A DNA stretch of 64,000 bases from Acetofilamentum sp. (lineage in GTDB: Bacteria > Bacteroidota > Bacteroidia > Bacteroidales > DYOH01): the NCBI GenBank assembly GCA_020720625.1, contig DYOH01000011.1, positions 1,421-65,420 of the forward strand. Reading direction: 5' to 3'. How positions within the stretch are numbered: the stretch's first letter is position 1; the number at the start of each line of letters is the position of its first letter. Below, piece by piece: positions 1 to 9,091 of the stretch. The notes under the pieces were generated by a model. That model ran no database searches, was not told where the DNA came from, and saw only the letters and a program-made list of their open reading frames with translations. A program made the position numbers and the translations under genes.

Positions 1-639
1 CAATATGCCTACAATCGAAAAGCCTATTTCAAACCCGGAGCCGATGTAAGATATTCAAATACAGGATATATTATGCTCGGAATGTTAATAGAAAAGCTTG
101 AAGGCAAAGCTTTTTATGAGGTATTCAGGGAGAAATTATTTTTGCCCCTTAACCTGAGTGCTACAATGTTTGCCGCTACAAATCACGTACCCGATGGAAT
201 TGCACGCGGCTATATTGATTTGTACAGTAATTTGCAGCTAATCGAAAGCACCTATTTTAGTGGCTGGGACTACTATACCGCCGACGGTGGCTTAATATCT
301 AATCCTTATGACATGAGCATATTTTTTCAGGCGCTGATGAATGGGCAAATTATTAATGCTAATTCGTTGAGCCAAATGCTAACATGGCAAAGCCCCAAAG
401 ACCTTGATGCCGGATTTTTTCCTATTTCCTATGGTTTAGGAATTTTCAAAATAGAAACACCTTATGGCTTGGCGTATATGCATAGCGGCGATGCCATTGG
501 TTACTACGCCAATATGCTCTATTTTCCGGACGATGGCACTACCATTGTCTATGCCGTAAATAGTAATTATGGTAAAATAGACCAATATGTTTCGACAAAA
601 GAAGCCATGCAGAAAATTATTTCGGAGGTAATGAATTGA
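1..639 (+). CDS. serine hydrolase / beta-lactamase-family protein, 5'-truncated by window edge
   Basis: Frame 1 is open from nt 1 (QYAYNRKAYFKPGADVRYSNTGYIMLG...), so the listed ORF 73..639 is only its tail. YSNTGY matches the Y-x-N motif of class C beta-lactamase/PBP-like serine hydrolases. Confidence 0.7.
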   Translation, partial: QYAYNRKAYFKPGADVRYSNTGYIMLGMLIEKLEGKAFYEVFREKLFLPLNLSATMFAATNHVPDGIARGYIDLYSNLQLIESTYFSGWDYYTADGGLISNPYDMSIFFQALMNGQIINANSLSQMLTWQSPKDLDAGFFPISYGLGIFKIETPYGLAYMHSGDAIGYYANMLYFPDDGTTIVYAVNSNYGKIDQYVSTKEAMQKIISEVMN

Positions 640-889
640 TTTTATAAATGCTCTCCTTCGGCATTGTTTTGTTTACGATACCGAAGGAAAGCCACTCCTT
701 ATGTTTAGTAAATTTGGTGTTTTTACTTATCCATTAAGGCTTGTTATTTGTAAAATTCTGTTTTAAGCGAATCCATCTCCCGAAACAAATTCATCATTAT
801 CCGATGATTTTGCCTGAACCTTGCGAATCCACTTTTTTTTTAGAAAACTGCTTTGGAATTAAATTGAAAGTGGTTTGGTATAACAAGAG

Positions 890-919
890 AAAATTATGCC
901 CGATAAGCAATCTATCGGG
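890..919 (-). terminator. possible terminator hairpin downstream of the hsp20 gene
   Basis: 7-bp stem cccgata(899-905)/tatcggg(913-919). On the minus strand it is followed by CATAATTTTCTCTT. It lies 11 nt past the stop of 930..1367. Confidence 0.4.
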
Positions 920-929
920 AAAAAGAAGC

Positions 930-1367
930 TTATTCAATTGCAATTTGTTTTGGCGGTCGAGGTTTTGCCTCTTCTCTCTTTGGGATTACCACCCTTAAGA
1001 TGCCATTCTCGTATTTAGCCTCAATTTTTTCGCTGTCAATACTGTTGGGCAAGGTAAACGATCGCTGAAACGATTGATAACTAAACTCGCGACGTGTAAA
1101 TTTCTCATCCGTGGTGCTTTCTTTTTCTGTTTTCTTTTCCGAATAAATGCTTAGCACCTGGTGGTTGAGTTCGATTCTGAAATCGTTTTTCTCTAATCCG
1201 GGTGCCGCCATTTCTACGGTAAATCCGTCCTTGTCTTCCTTAATATTTACAGAGGGAAGCGTAGTATTTGTATTCGAAAAATTTGCGTTCGACCAATTGA
1301 GTAAATCAGTATCAAAAAAATGGTCGAACAATGACGGAAATTGTTGCGAAAATCTCATAAGTGCCAT
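930..1367 (-). CDS. Hsp20/alpha-crystallin family small heat-shock protein
   Basis: 145 aa. Alpha-crystallin-domain layout (VNIKEDKDGFTVEMAAPGLEKNDFRIEL ... AKYENGILRVVIPKRE), ATG start. Confidence 0.85.
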   Translation of the reverse strand: MALMRFSQQFPSLFDHFFDTDLLNWSNANFSNTNTTLPSVNIKEDKDGFTVEMAAPGLEKNDFRIELNHQVLSIYSEKKTEKESTTDEKFTRREFSYQSFQRSFTLPNSIDSEKIEAKYENGILRVVIPKREEAKPRPPKQIAIE

Positions 1368-1462
1368 AATTTAATCCTCCATTTTTTAGTGTTAAACATT
1401 TAGTTCGTTAATACTACTTTCAAAAGATATACCAAGGGAATTAAAGCCTGTTTTCAGGACAA

Positions 1463-1507
1463 TTTTTCATCATAAGGGCGACAATTTGTCGCCCTTATGA
1501 TGAAAAA
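1463..1507. repeat. perfect 22+22-nt inverted repeat (45-nt palindrome) between hsp20 and the upstream gene
   Basis: tttttcatcataagggcgacaa (1463-1484), t, ttgtcgcccttatgatgaaaaa (1486-1507). Read directly; the arms are exact reverse complements. Confidence 0.8.
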
Positions 1508-1611
1508 AATTACAAATCAGAAAATTAACACTGTCAAGTACTTAAGCGCTAATGCACATTTTCTGCGCCAAAGAATACTGAAGCACACACAGGCATATTT
1601 CAATTATAAAT

Positions 1612-2193
1612 TTAAATCAACACCAGTGGGCTATTTTTTATCTTTTGCAAAATATCGGGAGGCAATTTGCTGAAAAAGTCGTCGAGAACATCTCTTGTTT
1701 TGTTGGAGTACACTTCGTCCATCTGCAATAAACCTTCCATGCTAATTGCCATTGGCAAGCCATCGTATAGCATTGTGTCTCCAAGAAATATACCGGCAAT
1801 ATTAAATTCTTCTTCCAGATCGATTCTTTTATTGGTAACTGCGCAATATTTTAGCCAACGGTTTATATTCATATAATTCGATTCAAACAGTTTTCTCCGG
1901 TAGGGTGTATCCATTTTTTGTGCCTGAAATTGCTCCATGCGTGCTTTAGATTCTTCGGAAATAGCATTGTTTATTTCGGTGAAACAATCTCTGCAAATAA
2001 ATATTTCAAACTGTTGCGAAATTTCTTTGGTATGCATATCTCTATGAAAAGATTTTTCAAGCAAATACATTTTTTCGGTTAATGCCTCATTGCAGAAAGA
2101 GCATTTTGCTTGGCTCAAATGCTCATAGCTCAGAGGCTTAAAAATTTCGGGAACTTCTGGCCAGAAGAGAACAAATTCGTTATTTTCGCTCAT
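1612..2193 (-). CDS. hypothetical protein with CxxC...CxxC pair
   Basis: 193-aa ORF with ATG start. CSFC and CRDC motifs lie about 35 aa apart (zinc-ribbon-like). No family recognised. Confidence 0.5.
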   Translation of the reverse strand: MSENNEFVLFWPEVPEIFKPLSYEHLSQAKCSFCNEALTEKMYLLEKSFHRDMHTKEISQQFEIFICRDCFTEINNAISEESKARMEQFQAQKMDTPYRRKLFESNYMNINRWLKYCAVTNKRIDLEEEFNIAGIFLGDTMLYDGLPMAISMEGLLQMDEVYSNKTRDVLDDFFSKLPPDILQKIKNSPLVLI

Positions 2194-2256
2194 GGTAAAT
2201 CAAGTTAAATCAACAATATTCAAAACTCAAATTTAAATCAAATTAAAAGAATTTAG

Positions 2257-2264
2257 CACTTTTG
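2257..2264 (+). promoter_or_regulatory. Bacteroidetes-type -7 promoter-like motif (CACTTTTG, inside the 12-mer CACTTTTGCAAG) upstream of nhaA
   Basis: One mismatch to TAnnTTTG. 43 nt upstream of the ATG at 2307. The identical 12-mer recurs at 15352 and 20559. Confidence 0.4.
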
Positions 2265-2306
2265 CAAGCAAGATATTTATATATTTACCATATAAAAAAA
2301 GAAAAC

Positions 2307-3638
2307 ATGATAAAAAAAGTTGAAAAATTACTTATCTCTCCTTTAGAGCGATTTATCGGTTTAGAAAGTTTTAGCGGAATGCTGCTGTTTGCCGGAACTA
2401 TTGCGGCGCTAGTTTTGGCCAATTCATCGGCATCCGATTTCTATTTCGAGTTTTGGCGCAACAAAATTGGCTTCGAAGGAATCAGCTTTGAACTCAAGAA
2501 GTCTATAATTCTATGGATAAATGATGGATTAATGGCTATTTTCTTTTTTCTCATAGGATTAGAAATCAAGCGCGAAATACTTCTTGGAGAACTTAATTCG
2601 CTGCGCAAAGCTGCACTTCCAATAGTGGCAGCCATTGGAGGAATAGCCATTCCGGTATTCATTTTTTTAATGTTCAATCAAAATCCTGCAACCATGCAAG
2701 GATGGGGTATTCCAATGGCTACCGATATTGCCTTTACATTGGCTATTCTCAAACTTTTAGGCAATAGAATACCTATTGGTCTTAAAATATTTCTTACCGC
2801 ATTTGCCATTGTCGACGATTTGGGGGCCGTTATTACCATTGCCTTATTCTATAGCGAAAACATACAATGGCTGCTTATTGGCATTGCAATGCTCATTTTT
2901 GCATTTCTTGTAATGCTCAATATGGCCAATTTATATTCAAAATACATATTCTTTATTTTAGGTGTAGTTATTTGGGTTTTATTCTTAAAATCAGGAATTC
3001 ATCCTACGATTGCCGGAGTATTGCTTGCCTTTACCATTCCTATACAACGAAAAATTACCGCAAGGCAATATTTTACCCAAATAAACGAAATTTCATCTTC
3101 GTTTTTAAACTCCTGCAAATCGACAGATTCTACCGGAACAAAAAAACTTTTAAGTTCTGAGCAAGTATCTTACCTGAACGATTTGTCCGAATGGAGCGAT
3201 AAAGTGCAATCGCCGCTCCAGATTCTCGAAAACAGGCTTCACGATTGGGTGGCTTATGTTATTCTGCCCGTATTTGCCTTTGCCAATGCCGGCGTGGCCA
3301 TTTCGGCGGGTATGAATGTAGATAGCTCTCTGATTATTAATATAATGATTAGTCTGGTTTTAGGCAAAAGCATTGGCATTTTCCTATTTTCGTTCATAAG
3401 CGTAAAACTCAAATTGGCCGACTTACCAAAAAATGTGAAATGGAGTCAGATTTTGGGGGTAGCGTTTTTGGGTGGACTTGGGTTTACCATGTCCATTTTT
3501 ATTACCAATTTGGCATTCGAAGATGCTACTTTTATTGATTCTGCTAAATTAGGTATTATTCTGGGTTCCATTATAGCTGGCCTTCTGGGATATTTAATTC
3601 TTTTTTTTAGCACCAGAAAACAAGCTATTTCGGAATAA
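2307..3638 (+). CDS. nhaA: Na+/H+ antiporter NhaA
   Basis: Polytopic membrane protein with the NhaA signatures PMATDIAFTLAIL and FAIVDDLGAV. The ATG at 2307 is preferred over the track start at 2262, which falls inside the promoter-like motif. Confidence 0.85.
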   Translation: MIKKVEKLLISPLERFIGLESFSGMLLFAGTIAALVLANSSASDFYFEFWRNKIGFEGISFELKKSIILWINDGLMAIFFFLIGLEIKREILLGELNSLRKAALPIVAAIGGIAIPVFIFLMFNQNPATMQGWGIPMATDIAFTLAILKLLGNRIPIGLKIFLTAFAIVDDLGAVITIALFYSENIQWLLIGIAMLIFAFLVMLNMANLYSKYIFFILGVVIWVLFLKSGIHPTIAGVLLAFTIPIQRKITARQYFTQINEISSSFLNSCKSTDSTGTKKLLSSEQVSYLNDLSEWSDKVQSPLQILENRLHDWVAYVILPVFAFANAGVAISAGMNVDSSLIINIMISLVLGKSIGIFLFSFISVKLKLADLPKNVKWSQILGVAFLGGLGFTMSIFITNLAFEDATFIDSAKLGIILGSIIAGLLGYLILFFSTRKQAISE

Positions 3639-3692
3639 ACACAAACGCAAAAGATTATTTTTGTTAAAATGCAAAGCTGAGATATTATTTTG

Positions 3693-3736
3693 GGGTAAGT
3701 TATAGAAAAAAACTGTAACTTGCCCTAAATATTTTT
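3693..3736 (+). terminator. possible intrinsic terminator after nhaA
   Basis: 13-bp stem gggtaagttatag(3693-3705)/ctgtaacttgccc(3713-3725) with two G-U pairs, then taaatattttt. Confidence 0.45.
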
Positions 3737-3739
3737 CAG

Positions 3740-5167
3740 ATGGAGCGCCACAATAAAATTCCGCCAGCACTCATTCTTGCTACCTTCTTTTTTATCCTGT
3801 TCTGGATAACACTAATTATTTTAAGTTTTGGGGGGAATATCATTTTTCAATCCCCATTTTTGCTGCCTGTATTGCACATATTTATGTTTATTTTCTTGAT
3901 AATATTAATTTTGACGTACTTAAAATATTTCAGGAGATGGATAAAAAACCACAAAGAGGAAACGGAATACCACTTAAAAGAGATTAAGCAACTGCATAAT
4001 CAACTCGAAGAAAAAAATCAGCTGTATAACGAAATGCAAACAGCCAAAGAAGCTTCTGAAGAGAATGAAAGACTAAAAATGCACTTTTTGGCAAACATGT
4101 CGCACGAAATCAGAACACCCATGAACGGTATTATTGGATTTGCCCAGATGATGCAAAAAAACGATATTCCAGATGCCAAACGCATATTTTATTCCAAAAT
4201 TATTTTCGATAGCGGTAATAAACTCCTTCGTATTATCGACGATTTAATCGATATATCTAAAATAGAATCCGATCAGCTTATTTTTACCAGCGACGAAATT
4301 GATTTATCGCAGTTTTTAAAAGACCTGTTTCTTCAATATAAAGAAGAAGTGGAAAAGAAACAGCTCGAATTTATTCTGATTAACGATTTACCTAAGCAAG
4401 AAAGTATCATTATTGGCGACGAGCAAAAACTGAAACAAATTTTCAATTATTTGATGCAGAATGCAATATATTACACGCACAAGGGCAAAATTTCAATAGG
4501 GGCGGAGCTTAAAGGTGAAAATTTGCAGTTTTATGTAGCCGATACCGGTGTAGGCATTCAGGAAAAAAAGCATGCAATAATTTTCGAAAGATTTAAACAA
4601 AGTAATTCGGCGATTAACAAATTGAGCGGAGGCACCGGATTAGGTTTGGCCATTTCGAAAGGGATTTTAAAAAAAATGAACGGAGATATTTCTGTTGAAT
4701 CAAGCGCTGATAAAGGAGCCAGATTTACTTTTCATATTCCTTTTGTACAGGCAAAGCAATTGCCCAAAACATCCAATATTCCTTTTTCAATCAAGCGAAA
4801 ATCCCTTAAAGGTATCACAATTTTGATTGCCGAAAACAATCAATCAAATTATTTCAGACTTTCGGATGCACTTGATATTTATGGTCCAACGCTTTTGCAT
4901 GCGCTAAATGGTTTGGAGGCCTTAGATTTTGTTATTAAAAACAATGCCATTGATATTGTTCTTATGGATACACAATTACCCATTATGGATGGATTGGAAG
5001 CCGCCAGAGAAATAAAAAAAATTCAGCCCAAATTGCCCATCATTGCCCAAACTGATTTTGTTTCGGAACAGATTAACGAAAAACTCCAAAAATCAGGCTT
5101 CGATGCCGTCTTGGTAAAGCCTTTAAATCCAGAAGATTTACTCAAAGCCATTCATCAATATCTTTGA
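3740..5167 (+). CDS. hybrid sensor histidine kinase/response regulator
   Basis: Two N-terminal TM helices and a coiled coil. H-box SHEIRTPMNGI, G-box GGTGLGLAISKG, and a C-terminal receiver domain (DIVLMDTQLPIMDG ... VLVKP). Confidence 0.85.
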   Translation: MERHNKIPPALILATFFFILFWITLIILSFGGNIIFQSPFLLPVLHIFMFIFLIILILTYLKYFRRWIKNHKEETEYHLKEIKQLHNQLEEKNQLYNEMQTAKEASEENERLKMHFLANMSHEIRTPMNGIIGFAQMMQKNDIPDAKRIFYSKIIFDSGNKLLRIIDDLIDISKIESDQLIFTSDEIDLSQFLKDLFLQYKEEVEKKQLEFILINDLPKQESIIIGDEQKLKQIFNYLMQNAIYYTHKGKISIGAELKGENLQFYVADTGVGIQEKKHAIIFERFKQSNSAINKLSGGTGLGLAISKGILKKMNGDISVESSADKGARFTFHIPFVQAKQLPKTSNIPFSIKRKSLKGITILIAENNQSNYFRLSDALDIYGPTLLHALNGLEALDFVIKNNAIDIVLMDTQLPIMDGLEAAREIKKIQPKLPIIAQTDFVSEQINEKLQKSGFDAVLVKPLNPEDLLKAIHQYL

Positions 5168-5191
5168 TTTTGAAGCTTGCAGTATCTCTTG

Positions 5192-5214
5192 AGCCAACCA
5201 GATTGGCTTTTTTT
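5192..5214 (+). terminator. intrinsic terminator after the hybrid kinase gene
   Basis: Stem agccaa(5192-5197)/ttggct(5203-5208), 5-nt loop, then a T run (5209-5214). Confidence 0.6.
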
Positions 5215-5325
5215 GAACAAGGCATTTTGAATAGATTATATTTATCAAAACAAAGGGCTTTGTACGAAATTCTATTTCAATACAAGAAATCAGGGCAAAA
5301 AATTTATTATTAGCTTATAAGCTTT

Positions 5326-5333
5326 TATCTTTG
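5326..5333 (+). promoter_or_regulatory. Bacteroidetes -7 promoter motif TATCTTTG
   Basis: Exact TAnnTTTG match, upstream of the class A PBP gene (TTG at 5366, ATG at 5393). Confidence 0.5.
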
Positions 5334-5392
5334 CAAATTCTTTAGCTTAGCAATATATATTATATTTGTCGAAAGTTTTAAATCGTCTGAAT

Positions 5393-7768
5393 ATGCAGCA
5401 AGAAAACTACAAAAAACTATTTAATCGAATTTTCTGGTCAGTAATTTTAATACCATTTATAACGGTAATACTTTTTTTTACACTTATTTCTACTGGTAAT
5501 CTGGGTTTTATGCCCAGTTTCGAAGAGCTGGAAAATCCCAAAAGTAATTTGGCTTCCGAAATATACTCATCTGATCAGGTATTATTAGGGAAATATTATT
5601 TACAAAACCGCAGTGTCGCTAATTTCAGCGATTTATCACCCTATCTGGTAAAAGCACTAATTGCCACCGAGGATGTAAGATTTTACGACCATAGCGGGAT
5701 AGATTTTAATAGTATATTCAGGGTTTTGGTAAAAACATTTTTGCTAGGTAGGGATGCAGGCGGAGGCAGCACTGTAACGCAACAATTGGCAAAAAACTTG
5801 TTTCCCCGCGATTTGGATGAAAGCATCTACCTGATAAAATTTAAAGAGTGGGTGGTTTCCGTTAAATTGGAACGAAACTACACCAAAGAAGAGATTATTG
5901 CCATGTATTTTAATACTGTACCCTTTGGCAGTGGTGCTTTTGGGATAAAATCGGCCGCAAGAACTTTTTTCAATACAACGCCCGATTCGCTAAAAATAGA
6001 AGAAGCAGCACTTTTGGTGGGTATTGTAAACGGTCCAACGATGTTTAGTCCAATACCTCCATCTCACCCCGCAGACAGCTTGCGCATCAGACGTCAGCAA
6101 CGCTCAATAGCCCGACGAAATATTGTTCTGTCGCAAATGCGCAAATACGAAATGCTACCGCAGCTTAGTGAGATGCAATATGACTCTTTAATGCTAATTC
6201 CTATCAGATTAAACTACAGAACTCAAGCGCACGACGAAGGTATGGCCACCTATTTTCGGGAATATCTAAAATCTATGCTTAGCGCCCACGAACCTGTGCG
6301 CGAAAGATATACCGACTACGAAAGCTATCAGATTGATTCATCCGAGTGGACCGAAAATCCATTATACGGTTGGGTGCTCAAAAATCCGAAGCCCGACGGC
6401 AACTATTACAATATTTATAAAGACGGATTGCGCATTTACACTACCATCGACTCCCGTATGCAGCAATATGCCGAATCTGCTGTTGCTGAGCATTTAGGAT
6501 TGGGGCCGGATCCTTTGCAAGAAGCTTTCGAAAAGGATATCAAATGGAATGCACGCAAGCCATTTTCTAACGCACTTACCAAAGAGCAATACGACCAAAT
6601 TATGAACATGTTCATAAAAACATCAGAGAGATATAGGGTATATAAGCAAAAAGACAGTCTCAACGATGCGCAAATAATGAAACTCTTTAATGAACCGGTG
6701 CAAATGAGCTTATTCTCCTGGAAAGGAAAAATTGATACCGTGCTGAGTCCTTTAGATTCTATTTTATACGAAAAAAGATTTTTGCGTGCCGGATTAATGT
6801 CTATGGAAGCAAGTTCAGGCTATGTAAAAGCTTATGTTGGCGGCATAGATTTCGAGCACTTTAAATACGATCAGGTAAATCAGGCGCGTCGTCAGGTTGG
6901 CTCTACTTTTAAACCATTTGTCTATGCAATGGCCATTCTCGATAATCTCTCCCCCTGTTATCAAGTGGCAAATATTCCCTGGTATTTTGATAAAGAAAAA
7001 GAAAAACCAAGATATTCAAAAAACCCTCGTGAAGGTGAGATGGTAAGCCTAAAATATGGATTGGCACTATCGCTTAATCAAATATCGGCATGGCTTATTA
7101 ATAAGTACAAACCTGCTCCTGTGGTAGATTTGGCCAAACGTTTGGGTATTAAGAGTCCCATACCAGAGGTTCCGTCTATTTGTGTGGGATCCCCGGATAT
7201 TAAACTAGGAGAAATGGTTCCGGCTTATGCTACTTTCTTGAATAAAGGGGTACACAGTTCGCCATTATATGTTACACGTATTGAAGATAGAAACGGTAAT
7301 GTGATTGCCAAATTCAGTTCGCGCAAAAAAGAAGTAATCAGCGAAAATATGGCCTACCTTATGGTGAATTTAATGCAGGGAGTTGCTGATTACGGAACCA
7401 GTGTTAGATTGCGGACCAAATATAAACTCAATAACCCTATTGCCGGCAAAACCGGCACTACCAACAGCAACTCCGATGGTTGGTTTATGGGTATGGTTCC
7501 CGATTTAATGACAGGAGTTTGGGTAGGCGGCGATTTGCGAACCATTCGTTTTAATTCATCGGGGCTTGGGCAAGGTGCTCACATGGCTTTACCAATTTGG
7601 GCGCTCTATATGCAAAAAGTGTATAACGATAATTCGCTAAATGTTAGTAAGGGCGATTTCCCGGTGCCTTTAAATCTAAATATTCAAACAGATTGCGCTA
7701 AATATCAGCAAATAGATTCTACTTCGGTAAATAATTACAATACCATTATCGAAGGTGATTATTATTAA
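5393..7768 (+). CDS. class A penicillin-binding protein (PBP1A-type transglycosylase/transpeptidase)
   Basis: GT51 motifs EDVRFYDHSGID and GGSTVTQQLAKN. Transpeptidase motifs STFKP and KTGTT. N-terminal TM anchor. The start could instead be the TTG at 5366. Confidence 0.88.
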   Translation: MQQENYKKLFNRIFWSVILIPFITVILFFTLISTGNLGFMPSFEELENPKSNLASEIYSSDQVLLGKYYLQNRSVANFSDLSPYLVKALIATEDVRFYDHSGIDFNSIFRVLVKTFLLGRDAGGGSTVTQQLAKNLFPRDLDESIYLIKFKEWVVSVKLERNYTKEEIIAMYFNTVPFGSGAFGIKSAARTFFNTTPDSLKIEEAALLVGIVNGPTMFSPIPPSHPADSLRIRRQQRSIARRNIVLSQMRKYEMLPQLSEMQYDSLMLIPIRLNYRTQAHDEGMATYFREYLKSMLSAHEPVRERYTDYESYQIDSSEWTENPLYGWVLKNPKPDGNYYNIYKDGLRIYTTIDSRMQQYAESAVAEHLGLGPDPLQEAFEKDIKWNARKPFSNALTKEQYDQIMNMFIKTSERYRVYKQKDSLNDAQIMKLFNEPVQMSLFSWKGKIDTVLSPLDSILYEKRFLRAGLMSMEASSGYVKAYVGGIDFEHFKYDQVNQARRQVGSTFKPFVYAMAILDNLSPCYQVANIPWYFDKEKEKPRYSKNPREGEMVSLKYGLALSLNQISAWLINKYKPAPVVDLAKRLGIKSPIPEVPSICVGSPDIKLGEMVPAYATFLNKGVHSSPLYVTRIEDRNGNVIAKFSSRKKEVISENMAYLMVNLMQGVADYGTSVRLRTKYKLNNPIAGKTGTTNSNSDGWFMGMVPDLMTGVWVGGDLRTIRFNSSGLGQGAHMALPIWALYMQKVYNDNSLNVSKGDFPVPLNLNIQTDCAKYQQIDSTSVNNYNTIIEGDYY

Positions 7769-7829
7769 GCGCTTGTGCTTGATAAGAAATATATAAATCG
7801 AATAATAAATAAATTAAAATCAGGTATTG

Positions 7830-8669
7830 ATGAATTATATTGAAATCAGATTTAGGCTTACAGATCCCCTTGAAGATAATGCACAATTATTGATTGCATT
7901 ACTTACGGCAGAAGGGTTCGAAGGGTTTGAAGAACAGAACACTCACTTAATGGCCTATGTGCCCGAGAACTTGTTTAACAGCGATTTATTAGAACAATCT
8001 CACATAAAAGCACTATATCTGGATTATCATAGCCAAGAGCTGCCCGAGCAAAATTGGAATAAGGTATGGGAAGAGAATTATTTTCAGCCGGTAGAAATAA
8101 CGCCCGACTGCATTATTCGTGCCGAATTTCACCTGCTGGAAAAATCCTATCCTTACGAAATTCTTATCCATCCGCAAATGTCTTTTGGCACCGGACATCA
8201 CTCTACTACCGCCTTGATTGCCCGAAAACTATTCGAGCTAAATCTGAAAGGAGTTTCGCTGCTTGACATGGGCTCCGGAACAGGTATTTTAGCCATACTA
8301 GCTGCCAGATTGGGGGCAAACCCTGTTTGGGCCATAGACAACGACCAGTGGGCCTATAATAACTCTGTAGAGAATATCAAAATAAACAAGGTACCATTTA
8401 TTCGAATATCTCTGGGAGATGCGAATCTGCTCAACGAAAACGAAAAATTCGATGTCATTTTGTCAAATATCAATTTGAATATCAATTCAGAAAATATTCC
8501 GTATTATGCGAAAGTGGCCAAGATAGGAAGTCTTCTGCTTCTGAGTGGTTTCTATACCCATGATTTTTTTGCCATTGATGAAGTTTGTCAGAAGGCCGGA
8601 TTTAGCTTGCGCGAAGAACGCGATGATAAAAATTGGGCCTTACTTATGTACGAATATACCGGAGCTTAA
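7830..8669 (+). CDS. prmA: ribosomal protein L11 methyltransferase
   Basis: MSFGTGHHSTT and the SAM-binding DMGSGTGILAI motif. ATG at 7830 (track start 7827 is a TTG). Confidence 0.85.
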   Translation: MNYIEIRFRLTDPLEDNAQLLIALLTAEGFEGFEEQNTHLMAYVPENLFNSDLLEQSHIKALYLDYHSQELPEQNWNKVWEENYFQPVEITPDCIIRAEFHLLEKSYPYEILIHPQMSFGTGHHSTTALIARKLFELNLKGVSLLDMGSGTGILAILAARLGANPVWAIDNDQWAYNNSVENIKINKVPFIRISLGDANLLNENEKFDVILSNINLNINSENIPYYAKVAKIGSLLLLSGFYTHDFFAIDEVCQKAGFSLREERDDKNWALLMYEYTGA

Positions 8670-8681
8670 CAAAGTAAAGCA

Positions 8682-9071
8682 ATGAAAAACGAGGGATACG
8701 CCATAAAAATTTTGGCCGATGGCGAAGTGCTTTTTAAACTTTTATCGTTAAAGCATGCCGAAGAGCTACTAAACGAGCATTTTCCTTTAAATCATTATTG
8801 CAGCAACGGGCAAGTCCGTGAAATCGTTATTTCAATTTCGGCAATTTCACAATTTAGTTTATCGGCCAAGCCCGAAAAAACTTTTTTCAAACAATCTACC
8901 GGAACCCTTACTTATCAGGTAAATCTTGATTTAGAGAATCTCAAGCAAATGAGTAATGAAGAAATTCAGGAGGATTTTTTTATGCTGTTGATTGATTTAC
9001 TTGAAAACACCAACATAGTAGATTTGGACAGTAAAAAATTAACCCGCGAGTTGATTCATTTTTTTCAATAG
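8682..9071 (+). CDS. hypothetical protein
   Basis: 129-aa ORF packed between prmA (12-nt gap) and the rlmI-like gene. No family recognised. Confidence 0.5.
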   Translation: MKNEGYAIKILADGEVLFKLLSLKHAEELLNEHFPLNHYCSNGQVREIVISISAISQFSLSAKPEKTFFKQSTGTLTYQVNLDLENLKQMSNEEIQEDFFMLLIDLLENTNIVDLDSKKLTRELIHFFQ

Positions 9072-9091
9072 ACATTTTGAATACTAAAACT

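Noticed and set aside
741-998. 85-aa ORF in the gap between the serine hydrolase gene and hsp20
   Set aside because: It has a non-ATG start, overlaps the hsp20 3' end, and gives an implausible Cys/Phe-rich translation. The gap more likely holds terminator hairpins (653-699 and 899-919).
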